From IMG/VR virus record IMGVR_UViG_3300027776_000009: 64,000 bases of DNA. One strand, given 5' to 3'. The notes under the pieces are model-generated. The model was not told where the DNA came from. It did not search any database and saw only the letters and a program-made list of their open reading frames with translations. This document shows positions 36,527-46,737 of this stretch, piece after piece (position 1 is the stretch's first letter; each line of letters begins with the position of its first letter). A program made the translations under genes and the position numbers. The DNA comes from a virus (Duplodnaviria > Caudoviricetes).

Positions 36527-38569
36527 GTGGGATTCTTTCGCCGCGCTATCGGAATGATCACTGTAGAAGAAGTGGGTGGGGTCATTACGGTGTATAACGT
36601 CCCCACCCGTACCATTCATAAGGACATCAAAACCATCTGGGCGACCAGCCGCATTGGAAGCTATCTCTTTATTGACTTTACCGATTCCTCGTTCCGCATT
36701 CCGAGCTTCTTTGCGTTGGAGTTCGAGAAAATCGTTGAGACAATTCTGGCTTCTAATGCCCGAGATTCTTCACCCAGAGCCCTGCGTCGGATTCTGGAAG
36801 AGCTCCGGGAAAGTACCTGGCTGGCGCGCATCAATCAACCCCATGTTCCTCCGTTGGATCTGACGCATCTCAATGAGATCAAGTTTGACTTGCTGCCGCA
36901 TCAGATGGACTTTCTGAAGCGATACATGTACATCAAACCCCGTTACAACCTACGGGGCGCGCTGCTGATGGTACCGCCTGGAGGTGGTAAGACGATTTCA
37001 GATATCTCCATTGCCGTGTGCGCCAAAGCGGAGATTGTCTACATCGTCTGCCCGAAGAATGCTGTTAATGAAGTCTGGCGAAAGACACTGCTCAATGACA
37101 TGTCGGTCCCTCAGACTGTCTGGGTGGCTGCTGATGGGAAACCCCTGGATCCCGAAGCTCGGTGGCATATCTTCCACTACGAGACCCTGAATCAAGCCGT
37201 AGCGCTGACACAACGCGCTCATGGAAAACGAGCCGTGGTCATTCTGGATGAGTCCCACAACTTCAACGACATCAAGTCGCTACGTACCGATCTCTTTTTG
37301 ACTCTGTGTCAGAAAGCAGAACCTACGGACATCGTCTGGGCGTCGGGGACTCCGGTGAAAGCCATGGGTCACGAAGCGGTTCCTCTGCTGCGCTCAATTG
37401 ACCCGCTCTTTACGCCTGATGTAGAGATGCGATTCAAGAAGATTTTTGGTGCTGACTCTAGTCGTGCCTTGGACATCCTGAACCATCGCTTGGGGATTGT
37501 TTCCTTTAAAGTCCCTAAGTCGAACTTCATGTCCGAGAAACCGATCATTAATGATGTCACGGTTACGATCCCCAATGCGGTGCGGTATACACTGCCGTAC
37601 ATCAAAGAGGTCATGATCAAGTACATCAAAGAGCGTATGGATTTCTACACCAAGAATCGTCCGCAGTATGAAGCGATGTACTACAACTGTCTGCGTGACT
37701 ACGAGCGCACGATCCGGTCCTCGGATGAGCGTGAGAAATACCGCGTCTATACGGACAACGTCAAGACCTTTATCAAGTACGGATTTGACGCGCGTACCAT
37801 GGGACCTCAGGCACTGTACTGTAACCGCTTTGAAAAGGAACACATCCTCCCGGTGTTGTCGCAATCTCAGCGTAAACCTTTCATTGACGCGAAGTCTGTC
37901 GTGAAGTACGTGGAGCTCAAAGTACGCGGCGAGTGCTTGGGGCGTATTCTGTCCAAAGAGCGCGAGCAGTGCCATATCGAAATGGTAGCTAGCGTGGACT
38001 TTGAACAGTACATTGACACGGCAGAAAAGAAGACGTTGGTCTTTACCAGCTATGTGGGGGTGGTTGACACAGCACATGCGCGTCTGCAAGGTCTTGGGTA
38101 CACGCCGCTGCGTGTCTATGGCGATACAAACAGTGAGCTCCAGAGCATTGTCAAGCAGTTCAAAGAGAATGAGGATATCAATCCCCTCATCGCGACGTAT
38201 CAATCTCTCTCCACGGCTGTTCCTTTGATCATGGCGAATAACCTGATCATGTTGAACTCCCCGTTCCGTTACCACGAGCAAGAGCAGGCTATCTCTCGCT
38301 GTTTACGTTTGGGTCAGGACAAAACAGTAACGGTCTACCGCGTGTTCTTGAATACGGGTAAGGTCCCTAATCTGTCTACTCGATCTGAAGACATCAACGA
38401 GTGGAGTCGACAGCAGGTGGACGCTATTATTGGGATTGACAGCAGCACTGATATGGGTTTCGGTATGGAAAGTATCGAAGACAGTCTTTACTGTGTTGAT
38501 CCGCCCCATGTGGAACCTGTTACAGGTCAAGCATCTGACTACCGTAAGCCAGCATCCGCTAGCTGGTAA
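36527..38569 (+). CDS. SNF2/DEAD-like SF2 helicase (phiKZ gp203-like)
   Basis: PPGGGKT, ILDESH, ASGTP, LVFT and EQAISRCLRLGQ helicase motifs. Confidence 0.9.
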   Translation: MGFFRRAIGMITVEEVGGVITVYNVPTRTIHKDIKTIWATSRIGSYLFIDFTDSSFRIPSFFALEFEKIVETILASNARDSSPRALRRILEELRESTWLARINQPHVPPLDLTHLNEIKFDLLPHQMDFLKRYMYIKPRYNLRGALLMVPPGGGKTISDISIAVCAKAEIVYIVCPKNAVNEVWRKTLLNDMSVPQTVWVAADGKPLDPEARWHIFHYETLNQAVALTQRAHGKRAVVILDESHNFNDIKSLRTDLFLTLCQKAEPTDIVWASGTPVKAMGHEAVPLLRSIDPLFTPDVEMRFKKIFGADSSRALDILNHRLGIVSFKVPKSNFMSEKPIINDVTVTIPNAVRYTLPYIKEVMIKYIKERMDFYTKNRPQYEAMYYNCLRDYERTIRSSDEREKYRVYTDNVKTFIKYGFDARTMGPQALYCNRFEKEHILPVLSQSQRKPFIDAKSVVKYVELKVRGECLGRILSKEREQCHIEMVASVDFEQYIDTAEKKTLVFTSYVGVVDTAHARLQGLGYTPLRVYGDTNSELQSIVKQFKENEDINPLIATYQSLSTAVPLIMANNLIMLNSPFRYHEQEQAISRCLRLGQDKTVTVYRVFLNTGKVPNLSTRSEDINEWSRQQVDAIIGIDSSTDMGFGMESIEDSLYCVDPPHVEPVTGQASDYRKPASASW

Positions 38570-38592
38570 CTTAACCCCCTGAGGAAAGTATC

Positions 38593-39942
38593 ATGAGCAA
38601 CAAACTGTATTACAAGCTTGGCTTGGAAGAGTTGACTGATCCTGTCGAAGACACACCGGTTGACGAAGTCGGTACCGTTGAGGCTGCTGCTGAAAAGCAA
38701 ACCGATATCCAGACCGACCTGGGAGATATCGAGAAACTGCAAGATGACAACGAAACTCTTCAGCAAGCTGCCGTCGCGCTTGAAAATGCTTTGAAGAATG
38801 GTCATCCCGCAGAATCACTGACATTCATCCGTCAAACCATTCATCGCATTGACAACCGCTGGGGTATGCACCACCGCATCGCGTCCATGGAAAGTGCGTC
38901 GAGCGATGCCGAACTGATTGCTTCGATGGAAAGCGCTGTTGTGGACGGTATCAAGAAGACCGGCAAGGCTATCTGGGAAATGCTCAAGCGCGTTTGGGCG
39001 AAGCTAAAGGAATGGGTCGGGCTACTGATCGAGAAAATCGGTAATGGCGGCAAGAAGTTGGGCGCCAAGCTCAAGCGTTCCAAGGAACTGGTTGAGATTG
39101 TTCCCAAGGAAAAAACTCACGAAGTTGATTACGCTCTGCTTGAACAAGCTATTGGTGAAAGCACAGTTGCACGCACACTTGAAATGTTCAATGTGGATGA
39201 CGCTGGTGGGTGTGGGGGTGTAGCTGTACTGGAGCATATTACAGCGAACATTGATTCGGTAATCAATGCCATGACAGGCTCTTTCTCACTGCTTTGGCTT
39301 CTTGCTAATAAACTCAAACCGTCATCTACGGTCGAAGACGCCGGCGAAATCGTGACTGAATACGTCGACGACGTGTTACCACGACGGTACACAGGCGAAA
39401 GTAGTTTGAAGGCAGCACTTGGTGCTCCGGACGTCTGGATTTTACATCCATTGTTGTCAATCGGTTACGGTGGTGCAGTGATCAATGGTGGTGACTACGG
39501 TAAGCATAACCCCACTCCCCCGACACCTAGGCTTATGATCCATAAGACCAACTACTACGACAGAATATCAAAGGAGATACCTGACCAAGCTGCTGTTGCT
39601 AAGCGTTTGATTATTACCTCACCAGCCGACATGGTCAAAGTCGGCGCCGCTCATGAGAAGTTTACTGAGGTGGTAAAGAACGCGGTTGAGCATTGCGATA
39701 AGATTTATCGCGAGCATAGTGCTAAATTAGCCACGTTCTGCGATAGTATTCCAGAAGGTAGCAATCTCTCGCTCAACAGCTACCTGCGGAAACTCATCAG
39801 TGAATCAGGATCATCCGTCACATCGCTGTTTAGCAGTCTTGCTGGTTACCAGGCAGTGGTTCTGCATATGACAGAAACTTATGTTATTGTCATGAACCGC
39901 TATTGGGAACTCGTGGCAAAAAAGACCAAGCCGACGGAGTAA
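38593..39942 (+). CDS. internal head protein with cleaved propeptide
   Basis: Acidic N-terminus with GLE, ALE and two ASMES sites, followed by the amphipathic IKK...IWE.LKR.W helix typical of phiKZ-like inner-head paralogues. Confidence 0.8.
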   Translation: MSNKLYYKLGLEELTDPVEDTPVDEVGTVEAAAEKQTDIQTDLGDIEKLQDDNETLQQAAVALENALKNGHPAESLTFIRQTIHRIDNRWGMHHRIASMESASSDAELIASMESAVVDGIKKTGKAIWEMLKRVWAKLKEWVGLLIEKIGNGGKKLGAKLKRSKELVEIVPKEKTHEVDYALLEQAIGESTVARTLEMFNVDDAGGCGGVAVLEHITANIDSVINAMTGSFSLLWLLANKLKPSSTVEDAGEIVTEYVDDVLPRRYTGESSLKAALGAPDVWILHPLLSIGYGGAVINGGDYGKHNPTPPTPRLMIHKTNYYDRISKEIPDQAAVAKRLIITSPADMVKVGAAHEKFTEVVKNAVEHCDKIYREHSAKLATFCDSIPEGSNLSLNSYLRKLISESGSSVTSLFSSLAGYQAVVLHMTETYVIVMNRYWELVAKKTKPTE

Positions 39943-39968
39943 CGTTAAGGTCGTGTGTTTTACGTAAC

Positions 39969-40004
39969 AGCATAACGGGAGGGGCAATTGCCCCTCCCTA
40001 TGCC
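39969..40004. terminator. TATG-flanked hairpin between convergent genes
   Basis: GCATAAC-GGGAGGGGC-AATT-GCCCCTCCC-TATGCC. Confidence 0.7.
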
Positions 40005-42482
40005 TTATGAGATTTCCACATGTTGGTTGTAGGTCTGTGGTAGGTTCAAGATGTTGGCTGTGTTAGTCACTAACACCTCGACCCCTTGGAACGCCCCGTG
40101 CATGTGAAAGTAGTGAGAGATCATAAACAATTGCGAACACCGTTTGGTTTCCACAAACTGTTTAATGAACATGATGATGTTGGAGCGATGCAGTTCATCA
40201 AAGGTGATAGCCACCTCATCCAGATACAGAGGGTGATCCTCTAGACCCGAATACAGACTAACCACCAGCTTGAAGGCTAGATTAACCATCGCTACTTGAG
40301 ACGCTGACCCGTGCTTAATGTCGCCGTCGCGCTGAGTCTTCCCTTTAACTGAGAAGGGGAACTCGTAGGTCAGTTCGGACTTACTGTCTTCAGGACACGG
40401 GAGTACTTTCAGATCCGATGTCCACACCTGTGCAATGATAGCATTGAGTTGATCGGTAAAGACCTCCACAAACCCCTTCATCATCTCAGCGATCAATCCA
40501 TCAGTCGGCGATAGTTCCTTAACCAAAATAGCGTAAGCCTCTTGGTTCTTAACCGCTTCGTCGTAGCTACGCTGTAAATCCGCCACTAAAGTAGCCGCAT
40601 TACGCGCCTTATTGAGGGCGGCTTCCGCAGTCGCCAACAGGATCTGGTTTGAATGTATATCCTTGTCCAATTCTGCATTACGAATCGCTCGTACCAAGTC
40701 ATGTAAGGTTTCATCAAGCGTATCGTGCTGAACATTCAACTCATCGGTCTTAGCCTGTATGAATTGAACCCAGCGACGATAGTTCAGGACCTCATCGAGT
40801 TCGGCTTGTGACATCTCAACATCGATAAGATCTTCCTCCAGAGAACCTAAGAGTTCGGCAAGATACGATTCCAACTGTCCCGACTTAGCTGTCTCGGTGG
40901 ATCGCAGTTGGTCCACAGTGGTCCGTATATCCTTGATCTGGTGCGCAATGTGATCAGCATCTATCAAACGCGATAAATCAGCTCGCCAGGCAACAATCGC
41001 AGCAATACCTGCCTTAGGTGAGGCACCTCGATCCCATACCGACCCAATCGCTCCCCACAGAGACTTCAGAGCGGGGTGTTGTCGGATGATTGCATTGAGA
41101 CGATTGACGCATTCCCGATACATGCGGTGTTCATCGAAGAATGTCGAGAGCGACGTTTGCTCCTTCTCCAACCGTGCCGTTGTATTCTCATTATCAATCA
41201 AGTAATCACGAATGCTCTCAACATCGCCATTGTTGACACCGGGTTTCCACAGGTAGCCACACTTGGGGCAGTTGATGTGCTCGATCTTTTCAAGATGCAT
41301 CAGTCGGTGCTCAGCTTTAGTACCATCACGTCGCAGTTGATCAAGACGCAATCCAAGGCTATCAAATGCCTGCTGAGCCTCCTTAACCGCCTCTTCTGAG
41401 AACCGATACCCGCTGTTTACTGGCATCGTGCTCAGGATGTCGTTCAGATCGATCTGTAAGGCCTCTGTTTCGCGTAATAACTGTTCAGCCTGAGGTAGGT
41501 AGCGTCTGTCCTCAGGCAGGGCTTCTAGGGCCTCTGCGTGAGTCTTAAGCAACGCAGCGAGTTTCTCCTCAAGTTCCTGAACGTTTCCGGCAGACGCCAT
41601 CTTTAGCGTTTCAACGGCCTGATGGATTCTACCCGCTTCGGTTTGTGTCCGTTCACAACGCGCTTTGGACGCACTCAGATGCTCACGCAGTCGGAGCTCA
41701 TGCGCTGCCATATTGTGAAACCCTACCTGTCGCAGCCCAACGGGGGTTGCTTTATGTTGATTCAATATGGCATCCGCGAGTTTTTCACACTCACGCAGGG
41801 TTTGCTGATAGAGATTTTCAGCGCGCTGGAGGGGTGGTACGTTAGGTTCTCGGGATCCTAGATAGATGTTGAGTTCACGTACCAGTGTTCGTGTCTCTTC
41901 TTCCATCTTAGCAATGTCTTCTAGCGAGGGGAGACGAGTTACTTCCTCAGCCAAACGCTTAGCCAGATGTTTTACCACGCCTTTGGTATCTCGATGGATA
42001 GTCCGCAGCCGCTCCCAAATCCCTAAGGCATAACTCATATCGCTCCCAGAGAGCCTCATCAGCCACGACCGACGCTCCAAAGCAGGCATTAGTGTAAAGC
42101 TATCGATGTCCAGTAGGACATCCATGAGTTTCTGATCCAGACCCAAATGTTCCTGTATGAGAGCTTTCTGAACCGTTGCGGTTCGTCCGGGATTTAGAGC
42201 TTCCCCATTACGCGTAAACGTATGACTTACTCCTTGTGTAAAATCAGACAGGAGTACGTACTGACTTCCCTTATCCGTAAACTCGATTTGCTTACACCCC
42301 CCGGGGTGATAGTCCGCTTTGTTAGCCGGCATCGGAGTCAACTCACGAAGCAAGGTGGTTTTACCCGATCCGTTGGTTCCAATAATCAATTGATGGACTG
42401 CCTCGGGTCGGTAGTCAACTTCATGGATCCCCATGAGGTCCAGCCAAATATTCCCTTTCAGATAGAGTCGTGTAATAATCAT
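40005..42482 (-). CDS. sbcC: SbcC/Rad50-like ATPase (phiKZ gp165-like)
   Basis: Walker A GTNGSGKTT, coiled coil with CPKC zinc hook, signature GSASQ, LYLDE and ISH. Likely start MIITRL at 42482. Confidence 0.9.
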   Translation of the reverse strand: MIITRLYLKGNIWLDLMGIHEVDYRPEAVHQLIIGTNGSGKTTLLRELTPMPANKADYHPGGCKQIEFTDKGSQYVLLSDFTQGVSHTFTRNGEALNPGRTATVQKALIQEHLGLDQKLMDVLLDIDSFTLMPALERRSWLMRLSGSDMSYALGIWERLRTIHRDTKGVVKHLAKRLAEEVTRLPSLEDIAKMEEETRTLVRELNIYLGSREPNVPPLQRAENLYQQTLRECEKLADAILNQHKATPVGLRQVGFHNMAAHELRLREHLSASKARCERTQTEAGRIHQAVETLKMASAGNVQELEEKLAALLKTHAEALEALPEDRRYLPQAEQLLRETEALQIDLNDILSTMPVNSGYRFSEEAVKEAQQAFDSLGLRLDQLRRDGTKAEHRLMHLEKIEHINCPKCGYLWKPGVNNGDVESIRDYLIDNENTTARLEKEQTSLSTFFDEHRMYRECVNRLNAIIRQHPALKSLWGAIGSVWDRGASPKAGIAAIVAWRADLSRLIDADHIAHQIKDIRTTVDQLRSTETAKSGQLESYLAELLGSLEEDLIDVEMSQAELDEVLNYRRWVQFIQAKTDELNVQHDTLDETLHDLVRAIRNAELDKDIHSNQILLATAEAALNKARNAATLVADLQRSYDEAVKNQEAYAILVKELSPTDGLIAEMMKGFVEVFTDQLNAIIAQVWTSDLKVLPCPEDSKSELTYEFPFSVKGKTQRDGDIKHGSASQVAMVNLAFKLVVSLYSGLEDHPLYLDEVAITFDELHRSNIIMFIKQFVETKRCSQLFMISHYFHMHGAFQGVEVLVTNTANILNLPQTYNQHVEIS

Positions 42483-42544
42483 TGCCGCCTTCCTCATAAC
42501 GCACATAGGTGGAGGCAATCTGTCTTTTTCTACAGGAGCATCAC

Positions 42545-43558
42545 ATGCAGCTCTCTAAACTCCATTGCTATTCCGTCGGATACGCTGTTGAAAACAAAGC
42601 CCTGTCGTCTTGGGATCTGGAAGTCTATCCCGTCGAGGTGCTGGGGTATGCGGAAGGAGAGGTCTCTGCGGATCGAGGTGAAGATACCGCCGAAGGCGTC
42701 GACGCCTTTGGGCAGAAATACAGCGTCCGTGTGGAGATGTCTCACTCCATTAAAGCCCGCTGGCTCAGCTTTGAAAGTAATCGCAAAACCCCACCCGATG
42801 TACGAAGGGGGGAGAAGGTCTACATTTACCGGTTTGCGGATGTCGACAAGTACTATTGGATGTCGGATAAGGAGTCTGAGTACCTCCGGCGTTTAGAAAC
42901 CGTGGTTTATGCGATCAGCGCCACGCGTGATGAAGCCACTAAGGTCCTGACACCTGAAAACACCTATTACTTGGAAATGTCGTCGCACACCAAGCAGATT
43001 ACACTGCATACGTCCAAAGCAGACGGGGAACCGTTTGCATATACGTTTCAATTCAATCTGAAAGAAGGTGCTGTTGTCTTGGAGGACGATGACGGAAACT
43101 CGTTCCAACTGGATAGCGCTGAGCGCCAGTTAACCCTGAAGAACAAAGACGGAAGTATGCTGGATGTCAATAAGCGTGATATCCTGATCGAAGCTCCGGA
43201 CTCTGTGACGGTGAAAACCAAGGCGTATAACGTCATCTCGGACACGATTAAGCGAGTGGTCAAGAGCTCAATTACCGATGTGACTCCGCTTTATCAGGCG
43301 ACTATTGTCCAGACTAACTTCACGGGTAAAGTGAATGTAGCGGGTCTGACCTCGCTACTGGGTGGGATTACCACCGCGGGTAGCGCAGGTGCTGTCACAG
43401 CAACCATTAGTATCCCGATTACCATGACAAGCACAACCACTATGTCGGGTAATGCTGCGGTGAGTGGTACCTTCACGGTCAACGGCATCGATTGTGGTAG
43501 CACCCATGTCCACGTGTCTGCCGCCCCGGGTTCTGATACATCTGCACCAAAACCATAA
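42545..43558 (+). CDS. baseplate central spike protein (phiKZ gp164-like)
   Basis: OB-fold-like N-terminus (TPPDVRRGEKV), beta-repeat body, C-terminal H-x-H (THVH) metal-binding apex. Start MQLSK with AGGAG Shine-Dalgarno. Confidence 0.8.
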   Translation: MQLSKLHCYSVGYAVENKALSSWDLEVYPVEVLGYAEGEVSADRGEDTAEGVDAFGQKYSVRVEMSHSIKARWLSFESNRKTPPDVRRGEKVYIYRFADVDKYYWMSDKESEYLRRLETVVYAISATRDEATKVLTPENTYYLEMSSHTKQITLHTSKADGEPFAYTFQFNLKEGAVVLEDDDGNSFQLDSAERQLTLKNKDGSMLDVNKRDILIEAPDSVTVKTKAYNVISDTIKRVVKSSITDVTPLYQATIVQTNFTGKVNVAGLTSLLGGITTAGSAGAVTATISIPITMTSTTTMSGNAAVSGTFTVNGIDCGSTHVHVSAAPGSDTSAPKP

Positions 43559-43559
43559 C

Positions 43560-43595
43560 GACATAGGAGGGGCGAAAGCCCCTCCGGTTATGTCC
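43560..43595. terminator. TATG-flanked hairpin between convergent genes
   Basis: GACATA-GGAGGGGC-GAAA-GCCCCTCC-GGTTATGTC. Confidence 0.7.
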
Positions 43596-44835
43596 GTCGT
43601 GTCGATTGCAGTTTGAATAGCTCCGGTTTGGCTTTCCATGGCAAATTGGGATCTTCGGTGATATGCGCCACGGACAAGATTTCCCGAATCGTAGAGTCGT
43701 GTGCATAGTGCTTCTGTAAGCCCAAGCGCGTGCGTATAACCCACATGCCTCGCTGACCCACCCGCATGTACTCAATCATCTTTCCTGACTGCGTACGGAG
43801 CGGATAGAGGGGTTCTGATGGATGCTCGTAGACTCCCGGTGTTGTTGTCTCACCCACGGGAATGGTTTCCCAATGCAGGTCTGGAGTATCAACAATAATC
43901 AAGAACGTGAGTGCGTGTGTGAGCAAGCTGTCAATAAAGGCTGCAGTTCTTAGTTCGGGATACGCCAGCGACCCCGGGCGATGAGTAGATTCTGCCTCGG
44001 AAAAGAGCGGGAGTTTCAAGCGTTCTCGCAATTCAAAATACCGAGCACTCCAATCCATATCGGTGAAGTTCAGGCGGATAATACCGTTCTCTTCGGAGAT
44101 GACATCGATAACGCGATCCTCAACATGTAGGTAACCCCCCAAGGACACCATGATGCTCTTATTCGACAGAGGTTGCCCAACTGACAAATAGACCACCCGA
44201 GATGGGTCTGTTCCCGCATATGTCAACCGCATCTCTGGTGTAATAGGGATCTGCTCAACATCCCCCAGATTAACCATGCTCCACACCCCCACATCATTCC
44301 CTGCAAACTCATCGGGCTGTGCGGCTCCATGTTTAACCAAAATACGCTCTTCACCGTACGGAACAGTCCGATGAAGTAACCCATTCACTGTGACCAACGC
44401 CTTTGTTTGCAGCTCTATTGGATCGATATAGCTTTTGTAGATCAAGAGATCGTCGTACGTTTCACCAGCAAGCTTTGGCGTGTCTGGGTGTGTACTCACC
44501 ACCTTCTTGATTTTAAACTGCTGTTGCCACGCATCTGCATAAAGCGCGCTGCCAGTCGTGTAAACAGGCTCAGTCGATAACTCTGGTAGTGCACCATCCG
44601 GTATGGAGAGGAGCCAGTCTTCCAGCGCGAGGTTCAGATAGCGTGCAGTGGTAGCACGAAAGGCGTTGATGTCTACGTATCGTTCCTGCGCATTTAAGCC
44701 TGGACAAACGACGACCAAATGCCCGTTACTGTAATTCAGAAACAGAGCAGATAACGTCACTAGCGACAGATCCGTGGGTTTCCACGTCTGATTTTTGCCA
44801 CGGAGTTTTGCCGTGGCGCTAACGTATTGATACAT
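43588..44835 (-). CDS. virion structural protein
   Basis: 415 aa with LVTVNGLLH and SLGGYLH internal repeats, seen in phiKZ-like baseplate proteins. GGAG Shine-Dalgarno. Confidence 0.65.
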   Translation of the reverse strand: MYQYVSATAKLRGKNQTWKPTDLSLVTLSALFLNYSNGHLVVVCPGLNAQERYVDINAFRATTARYLNLALEDWLLSIPDGALPELSTEPVYTTGSALYADAWQQQFKIKKVVSTHPDTPKLAGETYDDLLIYKSYIDPIELQTKALVTVNGLLHRTVPYGEERILVKHGAAQPDEFAGNDVGVWSMVNLGDVEQIPITPEMRLTYAGTDPSRVVYLSVGQPLSNKSIMVSLGGYLHVEDRVIDVISEENGIIRLNFTDMDWSARYFELRERLKLPLFSEAESTHRPGSLAYPELRTAAFIDSLLTHALTFLIIVDTPDLHWETIPVGETTTPGVYEHPSEPLYPLRTQSGKMIEYMRVGQRGMWVIRTRLGLQKHYAHDSTIREILSVAHITEDPNLPWKAKPELFKLQSTRRT

Positions 44836-44911
44836 GGTAAACTCCGGTCTATGTTATGACTGCCCCTGAACGGGCCCATATTCTTAAGTTTGCAAAGAGA
44901 GTGAGGTGGCT

Positions 44912-46711
44912 ATGCCATTCCCTGTACCGTTTCTTTATCCGTACGATCCGACGGGTACGCAAGCCTCAAATAAGATCACGGCTGAACACCACGTGGTCAC
45001 ACCGCCTGTGAACAACGCTAAGGCAAACTTCATTGTGCCGACCGCCTCTCCATTCTTCGGAGACTCCATGGTAGTTCGCACAGGTCCTCTTCCGACCGAC
45101 CCATTGCTGGTCCGGGGAGTGGATTACGATTTGGTGCTCCAATTCATCGAAGCATCGAACGTTCTCTATACACAGATTTACGGTGCGATTGTTTTTAACG
45201 ACCATGGCTTCAATCAGGACGTTTATCTGACCTACCAAACCATGGGGGGTCCGTACGTTGCCAATGACTACACCTTCGTGGAAAACTTTGACCAGTCCCT
45301 TTACCATATCCGGTTGGTTTCATGGACTCAGATCGTAGGATTGACATCCGGCTTTCCTCCGCTTCCGCACCCTACCCCGGCACCTGATCTGACCGGTATG
45401 GCGGAATTGGTTGCCAAGATTGAGCAACTCATTACAGTCATCACGGCGAATGGTTCAGTAGCGGGTCTATCTTCCGCATTGACAAACCACTTGTCCACCC
45501 TTAGTGGCGCACACGCCCCTAGTGCTGTGGGGCTTGGGAATCTACCCAACTACGGTGTCGCAACACTGTCGGAGTTGCTAGCTTGGGCAAACAATAAACT
45601 GGTTGTACCAAGCCTGCTGCAAGGGCTCTTGCTTCCTCAGAATCCCACGGCTGGAAAAATATTAGTGGGAGATGGCGCTGGGTTTGTGCTATCGGATCTT
45701 GAGAATGCACAACCTCGCAGCAATGCGTTCATGTACATGAGTACGCTGATTGATCTGAAACTCTGGGTGCGCAAGCCTGGACTGAAGATTGAAGGAGTCA
45801 TGCGTTTCGGTGATGCCGCGTTAAATATTGCTAGCTTAGGGCTCGGGACGACCTGGTTGGTCTACGCGTTCTGGACCGGAACTGCGATCCAGCTTGAAGT
45901 CAGCACAACAGATTACGCAACTAGCCCGACAGATCCTGATGTCTTTATCAAGATTGGGGATCCGACTCGTACCTTGGTTGGAATGATTTTCAAGAACGAT
46001 GATAGCATGTGGCACACCCGTTCCGTCTATGTAGACAACCGGCAATACACGGCACTGTTGACTGACCCTTATACCCATCCCGAATGGATTAAGCCCTATG
46101 AAGGGAAGAAGTTACCGGCGGATTATCCTTACTGGACAGGAACCAGTTCCGAGTGGTCAGATCCAACGAGTGTTAGCAACGTTACGGATATGGAAATCCC
46201 TGTGCTGATGTTTGCCAACGAAATCGTTCGAGTGCGCTATAACGCTAACATGAACTACAGCACCTTGGGAGAGGGATCTCCCGCTCAGGGCACCTTCGAT
46301 ATTGTTACACAATTGACCACCCCCACGGTTCCTAGAAGCAGTTCTCCGGAAGTTATTGGTGCTCGCCATACACTCAATCACCCTTACGGCAGCAGTGAGG
46401 ACACGGTCTACTACACGGAAGCCTCGGGGGTCGTTGAGTTGTATGGTGCGAATAACTCACGAGTCTGTTACGTTACGATGCGAGCTGCAAAGTCTGTAGA
46501 TCCTGACGCTGCCGGGAACATGAGTAACTGGAACAGCATCTTTGCATACTACGCACCGTCGTCCTATACATGGCTGTATCACAGCTTGGGTTTCAAACGT
46601 AACAACGGTGTGTTCGGCTCACCCCTGATCAGTAGCAAGGAACATACCTATCTTGCCATTGAGCACGATGTTGAGAGTTTCAACCTGCGGGCGTTTGCTA
46701 ACCATTTGTGA
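44912..46711 (+). CDS. tail fibre-like virion protein (phiKZ gp145/146 family)
   Basis: N-terminal YPYDPTG...N.I..EHH, P..SPFF and YQTMGG module, then H....VGLGNL.NY fibre repeat. Confidence 0.7.
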   Translation: MPFPVPFLYPYDPTGTQASNKITAEHHVVTPPVNNAKANFIVPTASPFFGDSMVVRTGPLPTDPLLVRGVDYDLVLQFIEASNVLYTQIYGAIVFNDHGFNQDVYLTYQTMGGPYVANDYTFVENFDQSLYHIRLVSWTQIVGLTSGFPPLPHPTPAPDLTGMAELVAKIEQLITVITANGSVAGLSSALTNHLSTLSGAHAPSAVGLGNLPNYGVATLSELLAWANNKLVVPSLLQGLLLPQNPTAGKILVGDGAGFVLSDLENAQPRSNAFMYMSTLIDLKLWVRKPGLKIEGVMRFGDAALNIASLGLGTTWLVYAFWTGTAIQLEVSTTDYATSPTDPDVFIKIGDPTRTLVGMIFKNDDSMWHTRSVYVDNRQYTALLTDPYTHPEWIKPYEGKKLPADYPYWTGTSSEWSDPTSVSNVTDMEIPVLMFANEIVRVRYNANMNYSTLGEGSPAQGTFDIVTQLTTPTVPRSSSPEVIGARHTLNHPYGSSEDTVYYTEASGVVELYGANNSRVCYVTMRAAKSVDPDAAGNMSNWNSIFAYYAPSSYTWLYHSLGFKRNNGVFGSPLISSKEHTYLAIEHDVESFNLRAFANHL

Positions 46712-46737
46712 TAAGTCGGTTGTAAGGAGTTTTACAC

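Noticed and set aside
37394-38281. 295-aa minus-strand ORF and similar long antisense ORFs (11310-12008, 13380-14141, 34165-34896, 3283-3984)
   Set aside because: Nested opposite well-supported genes, with low-information translations typical of shadow frames.
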